A stretch of DNA of 64,000 nucleotides from Bacteroidota bacterium. Lineage in GTDB: Bacteria > Bacteroidota > Bacteroidia > Bacteroidales > Prolixibacteraceae. Position numbers and translations under genes: made by a program. Numbering within the stretch: position 1 is the stretch's first letter; the number at the start of each line of letters is the position of its first letter. Location of the stretch: positions 40,279 to 104,278 of the forward strand of contig JAUXUF010000179.1 in the NCBI GenBank assembly GCA_030684645.1, given 5' to 3'. Shown one piece after another: positions 37,704 to 46,441 of this stretch. Below the pieces are notes generated by a model. That model was not told the origin of the DNA. It made no database searches and saw nothing but the letters and a program-made list of their open reading frames with translations.

Positions 37704-38897
37704 CTATTTCTCTATATTTTCGTTTTTCAACCTTCTGAAATTATTTAGCCGGTGGAATGTCAGGTAATTGGCATTATGAAAATTATCTGCTCCACCGAAT
37801 TCATCATCGTGTGCTGTGCGTGATAAGAAGATGATATCCCGTCCATCAAATTGCCAGTCAACATATTGAAATCCATGTTTTAATACATCCGGATGATGGA
37901 GCAGAACCTTGTTTACAGTCCAGTTTTTCAGGTCGGATGAACTTTTAAGCACCAGGGTATTTCGAACCGAGCTTGCATCCATTCCTGCGAATTCAGTAGT
38001 AATCATGTTGCATATGGTCCAATAACGATTCGATTTCTGATCGAATCGAATGGAAAATTTTCGTGCCCCTCCCACAAAATCCATAAAACCGTTTGAAGGA
38101 CTAAAAGATGCTTTCAATCCATCTTCGCTGATATTGACCACTGCGGTCAATTCGCGTCCTTTTTCAGAAGTGGCTACCCTAAGGATATCGACAAGCTTCC
38201 CTTCCGGGGTAACGACAGCATTCCCTTCTATCCATCCGCCAAATCTACCATCGAGATATGTTGGATTATGGGTTAAAAAATTGGTTGTAGTCCAGCTCGA
38301 TGCACTTAAAAGATCTGCATCTATGGGTGCAGAAATGATCATCACACTGTATCGTACGCCCCATTTCGTACTTTCCGATTTTGCATTTTCGATGGCACGC
38401 CAGATTCTTCCGTTGTGAATCAACATGGGCATGGGGGCTGTATGATATTCGCCTTCAAGTAACAACCCGTTGGCATTGGACGTTGGTTCGCTCCAGGAAA
38501 CTCCGCCATCAAGAGATCGGCGGATAATCAGGTTGCCATGATGTTTCCAAGTTCCCATGATATATAATGCCTGCTTGTGGACAAAGAGGTTGGACCAGAA
38601 TTGACCATGAATATCCGAGATTTTTTTCCATGATTTTCCGCTGTTTGTTGAATTGTAAACCGAAGTTAAGGCCTGCTCATGTTCTGTTGTTGCGGGTCCG
38701 AAATAGTCGTGTGAAGCTATATAATCGCCATTGGTAAGGATGCAGATACTTGGCGAGCCTATGTAGGTTTTTGAAGATGCCGGAATATGATTAACAACTA
38801 CACCCGGCACTTTTCCCTGCTGTGCCATTAACGGTAATAGGGCAACTTTTACCAACAACAGAAGAAGAATAATAATGAAAGATCTTTCTATTTTCAT
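37704..38897 (-). CDS. Sialidase-like Asp-box beta-propeller (non-canonical)
   Basis: 397 aa with signal peptide. Asp-boxes STNSGKSW, SLDGGVSW and SSDLKNW; N-terminal YIGSPSI in place of FRIP; HGFQYVDW. Confidence 0.65.
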   Translation of the reverse strand: MKIERSFIIILLLLLVKVALLPLMAQQGKVPGVVVNHIPASSKTYIGSPSICILTNGDYIASHDYFGPATTEHEQALTSVYNSTNSGKSWKKISDIHGQFWSNLFVHKQALYIMGTWKHHGNLIIRRSLDGGVSWSEPTSNANGLLLEGEYHTAPMPMLIHNGRIWRAIENAKSESTKWGVRYSVMIISAPIDADLLSASSWTTTNFLTHNPTYLDGRFGGWIEGNAVVTPEGKLVDILRVATSEKGRELTAVVNISEDGLKASFSPSNGFMDFVGGARKFSIRFDQKSNRYWTICNMITTEFAGMDASSVRNTLVLKSSSDLKNWTVNKVLLHHPDVLKHGFQYVDWQFDGRDIIFLSRTAHDDEFGGADNFHNANYLTFHRLNNFRRLKNENIEK

Positions 38898-38919
38898 AAC
38901 ATGCCATTTTTAAGTAAAA

Positions 38920-41913
38920 TCATTTCTTCTTATGAAACAATACCGATGCAGAAATTTCCTGTTTTTCAATCCCTGGTCCCTGCCACGATACTTTCAGTCC
39001 ATTGCTCCCGCCTTCCTGAAAATAGTTGACCAACAGGGGATGCAATCCTGCCTTTAACGAAACTGGCTTGTAAATCTCTGTGAACGGGTGCAAGCCATCG
39101 TTATTAATCAGGTTTTCACCATCGATATACAATTTCCCTCCGTCGTTAGTAGCCAGATAAAAAGTATAAAGCCCATCTTCCGGAATACGGATAAATCCTT
39201 CGTAATCGAAGGCAAAATATCGTTCTTTTTCACGGGGCTGAATTGTAAAGATGGACACAAACCCGCTTTTCACCGGTTCAGCGTTTCTGAAATCATTCAC
39301 CATCCTGAAAAAACCATGAAAATACCTGAACAAAAGGCCATTTTCAACTTCACCCGGTAAAACAGGCTTACTCATGATTGCCTTTTTCAATTCAACAAAT
39401 GCCGGCAAACTCATCTGATCATCCAGGTAGGCCCGCATTTTTATCATAGTTGTCTTATTTATAACAAATGGTTCCTGATAAAGTCTGGAATTCAGATCCG
39501 GCTCCAAACCATCAGTTGTATAATGAATTTCTGCCCCTTTGGTATCACAGGCCAGTTTGACCAAATTTTCCTGAAGGAACATTCTTTTGGTATCAATAAT
39601 GTATGGAGTAGTTACTATCGGCGGAACATCCATGATCTGGGGATGCTCACAACCAGAAGCCCACTTTTTATTGGGTTCCGCGCCCATTTTCAGGACAAGC
39701 TTTCCTCCTTTAACAAATTCAGCATGTTTGATCCAGAATTGGTTTAATTCCTTTCCATTCAGCGTCGCCGACTGGATATAACGGTTCTTCGAGGATGAAT
39801 TTTTGGCTTCGATAATGAACTTGCTGCCCTGATAGAATTTTGGATCGAGTTGAATAGTCACCTTTTCGAAAATCGGACCCGACAGTTCATAAACAGGTTC
39901 AGTGGAAGCGCCTCCGTCCATTTCAAATAAACCAATGGCGCTCATCACGTACCATGCCCCCATCTGACCTTCATCCTCATCACCCGGATATCCGTCAAAC
40001 GGAGTAGTTCCATAATAATGATCGAGTATTTCGCGAACCCAGTATTGGGTAAGCCAGGGCTTTCCGGAATAGTTGAAGAGCCAGCCAGCCTGCATGTTCG
40101 GCTGGTTGCTGTGGTTTACAAACGGGCTGGTAAAAATCGGGCGCGACTTTTTGAAGCCTTCTTCCAGCCGCTTATTGAATTCATCCACACCCATCAGTCC
40201 AATCAATCCTTTCAGGTCGTGCGGTACAAACCAGCTGTATTGCCAGGCATTGGCCTCCACATAATCCCGTGTTCCAAAGTTATCTTCTTTCCCTACCGCA
40301 CTTTTCACAGGAGTAAACTCTTCGAGCCAGGGTCCACCGGCATATTTGGGCCGCATGTATCCGGTAGAAGGATCGAAAACATTGCGGTAATTCTGTGCCC
40401 TTTTCATGAAATAGTGATAATCGTCCGTTTTACCCAGCGATTTGGCCATTTGTGCCACGCACCAGTCGTCATAAGCATATTCCAGCGTATTCGATACCGG
40501 GCCTTCATCCGCCGGTACAAATCCCATTTCCTTGTATGGCATCAGATTTCTATTTCCAACAAATCCGCCACATTCATGAGCCCGGGCAGGATTCATCTGC
40601 ACTTCGCGCATGGCCTTATAAGCCTTTTCGGCATCGAAACCACGAATACCCTTTTGCCAGGCTCCCACAATAATAGGGATTTCGTGCTCGGCCACCATTA
40701 TGCTCGAATATTCCACACCAGCCGGTCCGTTCGACAACCAGCCACCTTTATCATAAATTTCAAGCTGCGACTTTGCCCATTTTTCTGAAACATCAGGTGT
40801 TATCAGGCTCCACAACTGGTTCAGGTTCCAGAAAGTCATCCAGAAGGCATCGCAACCTAAAACCGGCGAATTGGGGTCTGCCAGTTGCTGCACCCTTTCA
40901 CACATATCCATGTATTTTCCGTTTACATCGCTGTAAATGGAACGGGCGCTGTACGAACGGTAGAGGTTTGTATAAAATTTGACTTTGTCGATTTCGGTAC
41001 CGCCTTCTACTTTTATCCTGCTCAGAATATCGTTCCAAACATTTCTTGCATTCAGGCAGGCTGCATCAAAATCCCAATTAAACGGCCCAAGTTCGATTTC
41101 CAGATTAGAACGCGCTTGTTCGGTGCTTACATAGGATATACCGGTTTCCATTAAAACTTCCGGATCCTTTTCGGTGTTGAAATATAAAAATGCGCCGATA
41201 TCAAGATTATCCTCCACTTTCAGTTCGGAAGTTTCACTCAAGATCTGTTCTCCCTGCCAGCCGTTTATTGACTCAAAAGGCCTGTTAAAACGAGCCACAA
41301 AATGCAGCATGTATTCATTCCAGCCCGAATTCCGTTTCACAAAACCTTCAATTTCTGTGTCGTTCACCTTTCGGATTTGTGCTTCAATGATGGTTGATTT
41401 GTCCTCCTCTGGAACCTGTAAATCAAAAAGAATGTGACCTTTATCTCCCTTTGGGAAAGTGTATCGTTGAAAACCACCCCGGGTCGTAGCCGTGAGTTCA
41501 GCTTTAATTTCATATTTTTCCAGCAGAACCGAATAGTAGCCAGGCGAGGCTTTTTCGGTTTCGTGTTTGATGGGCGAGCGATAACCAATGTCAGGCCCAT
41601 CAGATTTTCCCGGTTGAATGCGCAATTTTCCGGTGCAGGGCATCGTAAGGAAACTGCCCATGGCCCACGAATGCACATGACCAAATCCGCAAATGCTGTT
41701 GTTTTTGTATTCGTAACCGGCATCCATTGTGTAGTCGTCGGTGTTGTCAGGGCTTAGCTTGACCATCCCAAAAGGTAAACATGGCCCGGGGAAAAGCATC
41801 CAGCGATTTCCTGAAGTTCCGAGAAAAGGATCGACATAGTCAACCGGTTCCTTTGGTTTGGTGCATCCAACAGCAAGCAGAATACACAACAGATAAATAA
41901 AAATCCTACTCAT
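38920..41913 (-). CDS. GH92 alpha-mannosidase + Fn3-associated + PA14 (lipoprotein)
   Basis: 997 aa with lipobox AVGC. Motifs VDPFLGT, PFGMVKLSPD, VEANAWQY, GDEDEGQMGAW, IHYTTDGLEP and NNDGLH (PA14). Confidence 0.93.
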   Translation of the reverse strand: MSRIFIYLLCILLAVGCTKPKEPVDYVDPFLGTSGNRWMLFPGPCLPFGMVKLSPDNTDDYTMDAGYEYKNNSICGFGHVHSWAMGSFLTMPCTGKLRIQPGKSDGPDIGYRSPIKHETEKASPGYYSVLLEKYEIKAELTATTRGGFQRYTFPKGDKGHILFDLQVPEEDKSTIIEAQIRKVNDTEIEGFVKRNSGWNEYMLHFVARFNRPFESINGWQGEQILSETSELKVEDNLDIGAFLYFNTEKDPEVLMETGISYVSTEQARSNLEIELGPFNWDFDAACLNARNVWNDILSRIKVEGGTEIDKVKFYTNLYRSYSARSIYSDVNGKYMDMCERVQQLADPNSPVLGCDAFWMTFWNLNQLWSLITPDVSEKWAKSQLEIYDKGGWLSNGPAGVEYSSIMVAEHEIPIIVGAWQKGIRGFDAEKAYKAMREVQMNPARAHECGGFVGNRNLMPYKEMGFVPADEGPVSNTLEYAYDDWCVAQMAKSLGKTDDYHYFMKRAQNYRNVFDPSTGYMRPKYAGGPWLEEFTPVKSAVGKEDNFGTRDYVEANAWQYSWFVPHDLKGLIGLMGVDEFNKRLEEGFKKSRPIFTSPFVNHSNQPNMQAGWLFNYSGKPWLTQYWVREILDHYYGTTPFDGYPGDEDEGQMGAWYVMSAIGLFEMDGGASTEPVYELSGPIFEKVTIQLDPKFYQGSKFIIEAKNSSSKNRYIQSATLNGKELNQFWIKHAEFVKGGKLVLKMGAEPNKKWASGCEHPQIMDVPPIVTTPYIIDTKRMFLQENLVKLACDTKGAEIHYTTDGLEPDLNSRLYQEPFVINKTTMIKMRAYLDDQMSLPAFVELKKAIMSKPVLPGEVENGLLFRYFHGFFRMVNDFRNAEPVKSGFVSIFTIQPREKERYFAFDYEGFIRIPEDGLYTFYLATNDGGKLYIDGENLINNDGLHPFTEIYKPVSLKAGLHPLLVNYFQEGGSNGLKVSWQGPGIEKQEISASVLFHKKK

Positions 41914-41980
41914 TTTATCAAATTAGTTAGTTAATATTCAATACAGTAACAACTATTGAAAATAAACTACAACAAATATT

Positions 41981-44923
41981 TCAAGTCGGGCTTAGTAATT
42001 TACAAAACAGTTCTTTTGCCTGAATCTCATGCTTTTCCAAACCCGGGCCCGACCAACTTACCGATAAGGATTTGCCACCTCCACACTGGAAATATTTCAC
42101 CAGAATCGGATGCAGGCCAGCTTTCAATCCAATACTTCCGGGTTCTTCCTTTGAGCCATGATTGGCATCATTTTCAATCAGTTCCTGCCCATCGATGAAC
42201 AGTCGGCTTCCATCGTTTGAGATCAGGTAAAAGGTGTAAATTCCATCTTTGGGCACACGGATGAAACCATGAAAACGGTATCCGTAATAATTGTCTTTGG
42301 ACGCAATTTTAATGCTAAATACATCGGTAATACCCGAGCTGACAGGGGTGGAAATATCCAGATCGTCAGTAGTGACAAAGAATCGTTCGAAATAATCGTA
42401 TGCGAGACCTTGTTTTTCACTGACAATGTTAACCGGTCCACTCAGAATCGCTTTTTTAAACTCTATACTAATCGGGGTCGTTGGTGTCAGATCTTTACCG
42501 AACGCACGCATTTTTAAGGTACAGGATTCTTTTATAACAAATGGCGTGGAGTACAAAGCTGATTCTTCTCCGGGTTCCTTACCATCCAGCGAATATCTTA
42601 TCTCAGCATCCTTGGTGTCGCAATCGAGGCTCACCGTTGTTGATTGGCCAAATAAAGTTTCTCCGGATTTGATGTATGGAAGGGAAACGACCTGAGTGCC
42701 ATTTTCTGACCAGGGTCTTTCCGTTGGGTCACTTCCCCATTTTTCATTGGGCTTTGGGCCCATTTCAAAAGTCAGGACTCCGCCTTTCATAATATCTTCA
42801 TGACGAAGAAATGAATTCGGATATACCTTTCCGTTTAGTTTTGCCGACTGAATGTAACTATTTTCAGCCGAGCTGTTTTTTGCCCTGATCACGAATTTCT
42901 TTCCACTCTCCAGATTGATAGTCGCTTTTGCAAATAAAGGAGCGCCTATGGCGTAGATGGTTTGTCCGGGTGCTACCGGATAAAATCCCATCGAACTTAG
43001 AATGTACCAGGCAGATATTTGTCCGCAATCGTCGTTTCCGGCCAAACCTTCCGGCGAATTGGTATAAAGTTCAGTCAAAATCTGATGAACAAGTTTCTGC
43101 GTTTTCCATGCCTCACCCACATAATCATACAAATAAGCCAGGTGATGTCCGGGCTCGTTGCCATGCCAGTATTGCCCGATCTTGCCCCGTTCGCCAGGGC
43201 CTGTGTTCAGCGAAAAAAGCACATCGAGCCATTGTGAAAATTTCTGATCGCCACCCATCAAGGTCTTCAATCCATCCACGTCGTGCGGTACAAATAGGTA
43301 CTGGTAAGCATTTCCTTCAGAATAAGCTGAATTGACCAACGGATCGAATGGTTCGAGCCAGCTGCGATCGATGTTTTTGCCCCGCATAAATCCGGTGGAC
43401 GGATCGAAAACATTTGTATAGTTATGGGCCCGCTGGTGAAATTCAGAATAATCATCCTTCTTCCCCATTTCTTTGGCCATTTGCGAAATACACCAGTCGT
43501 CGTAACAATATTCCAGGGTCTTGGAAACCGACTCGCCTTGCCGGTCCGCCGGAAGAAACCCGATTTTTTTGTAGTATTTCAGGCCAAGTTTATCGAGTTC
43601 GGCGCTGTGTTTGATGGCCTTGAAAGCTTTTTCCACATCATAATTCCGGATGCCTTTCATGTAGGCATCCACAATCACCGGAACCGCATGATAACCCAAC
43701 ATATCGTCGGTGTAGTTTCCGGCAAGCGGCCACATCGGCAAGCGGCCACCATCGTCATAAATCTGCAAGAGCGTTTTTACGAAATCAGTGGTCCGTTTCT
43801 GATCGATGATGGTGAACAGCGGGTGCAACGCGCGGAACGTATCCCAGAGTGAAAATACCGTGTAATTCGTAAAGCCTTTTGCTGTATGCACCTGGTGATC
43901 AACGCCACGATACTGCCCGTCAACATCCATAAATACATTCGGGCTTAAACAGGCATGGTACATCGAGGTGTAAAAAACAGTCTGTTGTTCAGGCGTTCCA
44001 CCTTCAACTTCAATTCTTGACAATGCTTCATTCCACGATTTATTGGCTTCATGTACCACCCGATCAAAATTCCATTCCTGTATTTCTGCTGCAAGGTTTT
44101 TCCTTGCACCTTCAGCGCTAACTGCCGAGGTTCCCACTCTCACCAAAACAATTTCATTTTTTTTGGTTTTGAAACTGACCACGGCTTTTACATTTTTACC
44201 ATGTGCTTCTGATGAGCCTTTCTGAATCGAATCATTTAAAGCGACATCGAACGATGAAAATGGTCTGGAGAATTCGGCCACGAAATAAACATACTGATCC
44301 CATGCCCAGCCATGCGAACGGCGTAATCCTTCAACCGCTGTATCGCTTATTTTCTTAATATACAGGTCGTCGGCTCCAAAGGGATATGCCAGGTCAATAA
44401 TCACATGTGCGCTGTCGGTTTGGGGAAAAGTATATTGATGAAAACCACATCGTTGTGTGGCGGTCAGTTCTGCTTTTACCTGATAGTCTTTCAGGAATAC
44501 GCTGTAATATCCAGGCTTTGCAGTCTCCTGCCGGTGATCAAACGACGACCGGTACCCCGACTTTGTATTCATTTCGTCACCCGGCTGCAACTGAATTTTC
44601 CCAACGGTAGGCATAAAAAGTACATCGCGGTACTCCGGTTCGCCGACGCCGCTCAAGTGGGTATGCGAAAACCCAATGATGGTGCTGTCGTTAAAGGCAT
44701 ATCCACCGCAGGAATTCATCCGCGTATCCGGACTCAGCTGTACGCTTCCGAATGGAACAGAGGCTCCGGGATAAGTATTTCCATCAGCCGCACCACCGAT
44801 GAATGGGTTGGCCAAATGTGTATAGTCGCTGTGCGATGTGGTAATCTGAGAACATGAACTGAGCATCGTCAAACTTATCGCAAACAGTGAAATTAGTTTT
44901 GCTGGTTTCATTTGTGTATGCAT
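41981..44923 (-). CDS. GH92 alpha-mannosidase + Fn3-associated + PA14 (lipoprotein)
   Basis: 980 aa with lipobox LSSC. Motifs NTYPGASVPFGSVQLSPDT, FSHTHLSGVG, FSLWDTFRA, EGNAYQY, GNDDCGQISAW, IRYSLDGKEP and ENDANH. Confidence 0.95.
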   Translation of the reverse strand: MHTQMKPAKLISLFAISLTMLSSCSQITTSHSDYTHLANPFIGGAADGNTYPGASVPFGSVQLSPDTRMNSCGGYAFNDSTIIGFSHTHLSGVGEPEYRDVLFMPTVGKIQLQPGDEMNTKSGYRSSFDHRQETAKPGYYSVFLKDYQVKAELTATQRCGFHQYTFPQTDSAHVIIDLAYPFGADDLYIKKISDTAVEGLRRSHGWAWDQYVYFVAEFSRPFSSFDVALNDSIQKGSSEAHGKNVKAVVSFKTKKNEIVLVRVGTSAVSAEGARKNLAAEIQEWNFDRVVHEANKSWNEALSRIEVEGGTPEQQTVFYTSMYHACLSPNVFMDVDGQYRGVDHQVHTAKGFTNYTVFSLWDTFRALHPLFTIIDQKRTTDFVKTLLQIYDDGGRLPMWPLAGNYTDDMLGYHAVPVIVDAYMKGIRNYDVEKAFKAIKHSAELDKLGLKYYKKIGFLPADRQGESVSKTLEYCYDDWCISQMAKEMGKKDDYSEFHQRAHNYTNVFDPSTGFMRGKNIDRSWLEPFDPLVNSAYSEGNAYQYLFVPHDVDGLKTLMGGDQKFSQWLDVLFSLNTGPGERGKIGQYWHGNEPGHHLAYLYDYVGEAWKTQKLVHQILTELYTNSPEGLAGNDDCGQISAWYILSSMGFYPVAPGQTIYAIGAPLFAKATINLESGKKFVIRAKNSSAENSYIQSAKLNGKVYPNSFLRHEDIMKGGVLTFEMGPKPNEKWGSDPTERPWSENGTQVVSLPYIKSGETLFGQSTTVSLDCDTKDAEIRYSLDGKEPGEESALYSTPFVIKESCTLKMRAFGKDLTPTTPISIEFKKAILSGPVNIVSEKQGLAYDYFERFFVTTDDLDISTPVSSGITDVFSIKIASKDNYYGYRFHGFIRVPKDGIYTFYLISNDGSRLFIDGQELIENDANHGSKEEPGSIGLKAGLHPILVKYFQCGGGKSLSVSWSGPGLEKHEIQAKELFCKLLSPT

Positions 44924-45020
44924 TTTGTCAATTTTTAGAATATTCTGAAGCTAGTATGGGCTTCACCTGAAGTGAAACTTTTACCATAGACTTTTACTTG
45001 GTTGTTATGTAATGTATATT

Positions 45021-45048
45021 GTAGAGACGTTGCATGCAAGGTCTCTAC
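45021..45048. repeat. GTAG-type REP palindrome
   Basis: GTAGAGACGTTGCATGCAAGGTCTCTAC is a near-perfect 28-bp palindrome with one mismatch, starting with the GTAG tetranucleotide. It lies 11 bp past the dehydrogenase stop. Confidence 0.75.
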
Positions 45049-45059
45049 GCCGATCCTAT

Positions 45060-46055
45060 TTAATCCCGGCTGTCATTTGAATAAACCAGTCCCCAGGGTT
45101 TTCTTATCTGATCTATGATTTCCATGATTTGGATGGACTCGTCCAGGGACATGAGCGGGGATTCTTTTAATCCTGCCTTCAGGCAGTTCATGACTTCCTC
45201 TGCTTCGTAATTCAATGCGTTTCCGATTATTTGTTCTTCAATGACTTCCACTTCTTTTTTGCCTATAAATAATGAAGCTTTCGTTGGTACGGCAAAAACG
45301 TCATGGATTTTAATGTATCCATCGGTACCCAATATATACGCTTCGTTTGAAGCGGCAGTTCTCAAGGCAAAAGATAAATCAGCCATTTCGCCCTTATCAT
45401 ATTTCAGGATGGCAACACCTTGTTCGTCAGAACCCCATTCACCAATATGACTCATGCCAACCGCATCCACCGGCGGCTTCTGAAAAATCATGGACGCAGA
45501 AGAGATGACATAAACGCCAACATCCAGCAGACTTCCACCACCCAATTCAGGATTTAATTGCCGGGCTCCGGGCTGAAATTCTCCACGTGCGCAACGGGAA
45601 GCCTTAACCATACGCACCTCCCCGATCCGACCTTCCTGTATCCATCGGATAATCTTCTTGATTAAAGGAACATGGCGGGTAATCATCGCTTCCATGAGGA
45701 ACACATTTTCTTCACGGGCTACCCGTACCATTTCCCGGGCTTCAGCAGCATTCACAGTGAAAGCCTTCTCACACAAAACAGCTTTTCCTTTTCGCATACA
45801 CATCACACTATTTTCGAGGTGAAAGGTGTGAGGAGTTCCAATATAAACCACATCAATATCAGGATCATCTGCCAATTCCTGATAACTGGCATAGGCTTTT
45901 GGAATATGGTGTTTGGCAGCAAACTGATTGGCTGTATCCATGTCCCTGGATGCCACTGCTGCAAGCTCGGCTTCGGGCAAAATGGCCAATGCATCAGCAA
46001 ACTTGCCTGAAATATGCCCCGTGCTTATTATTCCCCATTTGATTTTGTTCTTCAT
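45060..46055 (-). CDS. Gfo/Idh/MocA family NAD(P)-dependent oxidoreductase (probable sugar dehydrogenase)
   Basis: 331 aa, no signal peptide. Motifs IKWGIISTGHIS, DVVYIGTPHTFH, AVLCEKAF, FLMEAM and GGGSLLDVGVY. Confidence 0.93.
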   Translation of the reverse strand: MKNKIKWGIISTGHISGKFADALAILPEAELAAVASRDMDTANQFAAKHHIPKAYASYQELADDPDIDVVYIGTPHTFHLENSVMCMRKGKAVLCEKAFTVNAAEAREMVRVAREENVFLMEAMITRHVPLIKKIIRWIQEGRIGEVRMVKASRCARGEFQPGARQLNPELGGGSLLDVGVYVISSASMIFQKPPVDAVGMSHIGEWGSDEQGVAILKYDKGEMADLSFALRTAASNEAYILGTDGYIKIHDVFAVPTKASLFIGKKEVEVIEEQIIGNALNYEAEEVMNCLKAGLKESPLMSLDESIQIMEIIDQIRKPWGLVYSNDSRD

Positions 46056-46062
46056 AAATTTT

Positions 46063-46083
46063 TTTGTGAAATATTTGTGAAAT
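46063..46083. repeat. 10-bp direct repeat just upstream of the dehydrogenase start
   Basis: tttgtgaaat-a-tttgtgaaat, with an 11-bp period. Confidence 0.5.
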
Positions 46084-46233
46084 CGCGGGTTTGAGCATAA
46101 ACCTGTGTAAAAGTGCCGGATAATACAGAACTAAAAAGAAGCAGGAAAAGGAATCTGGAAGTTCTCATTATGGAATATTTTATTCGTTAGCGTCATTTTA
46201 TCGTTGGACAATCTTCAAAAATACGATAGACAT

Positions 46234-46277
46234 TTGCTAAATACTTCTGTAATATTGGTTAAAGCACATTAAAAATT
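46234..46277 (-). promoter_or_regulatory. Conserved 44-bp intergenic motif, copy B
   Basis: Minus strand aatttttaatgtgctttaaccaatattacagaagtatttagcaa; 36/44 identical to 22078..22121. It lies just downstream of a terminator and upstream of 46055. Confidence 0.6.
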
Positions 46278-46320
46278 GATATTTGACTATGGAGATTCGA
46301 CTATTCAGTCCGGACTAATT

Positions 46321-46364
46321 GAAAACTCCCGTCATCCTGAATCGACTTCAGAATGATGGGAGTT
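46321..46364 (-). terminator. Intrinsic terminator after 46442..49405
   Basis: Minus strand AACTCCCATCATTCTGAA-gtcga-TTCAGGATGACGGGAGTT followed by TTC; an 18-bp stem with G-U pairs. Confidence 0.65.
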
Positions 46365-46441
46365 GCATTTATTCATTTTTCCGTTTTTGAGGTTGGCTTT
46401 CTATCAAATGAATTTTCCGATTCGCTCCTAACGTTTTGAAG

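Noticed and set aside
37704-38897. Sialic-acid utilisation locus (sialidase plus sialate esterases)
   Set aside because: There is no FRIP motif and no nanA/nanE/nanK or sialic-acid transporter in the window.
40018-40788. 256-aa plus-strand ORF, and the other plus-strand or nested ORFs such as 29114..29686 and 18197..18718
   Set aside because: They are antisense or alternate-frame shadows of long conserved minus-strand genes, with no recognisable motifs.
46307-46316. Perfect 10-bp palindrome AGTCCGGACT near the conserved motif
   Set aside because: It has no counterpart at copy A and is short enough to arise by chance.
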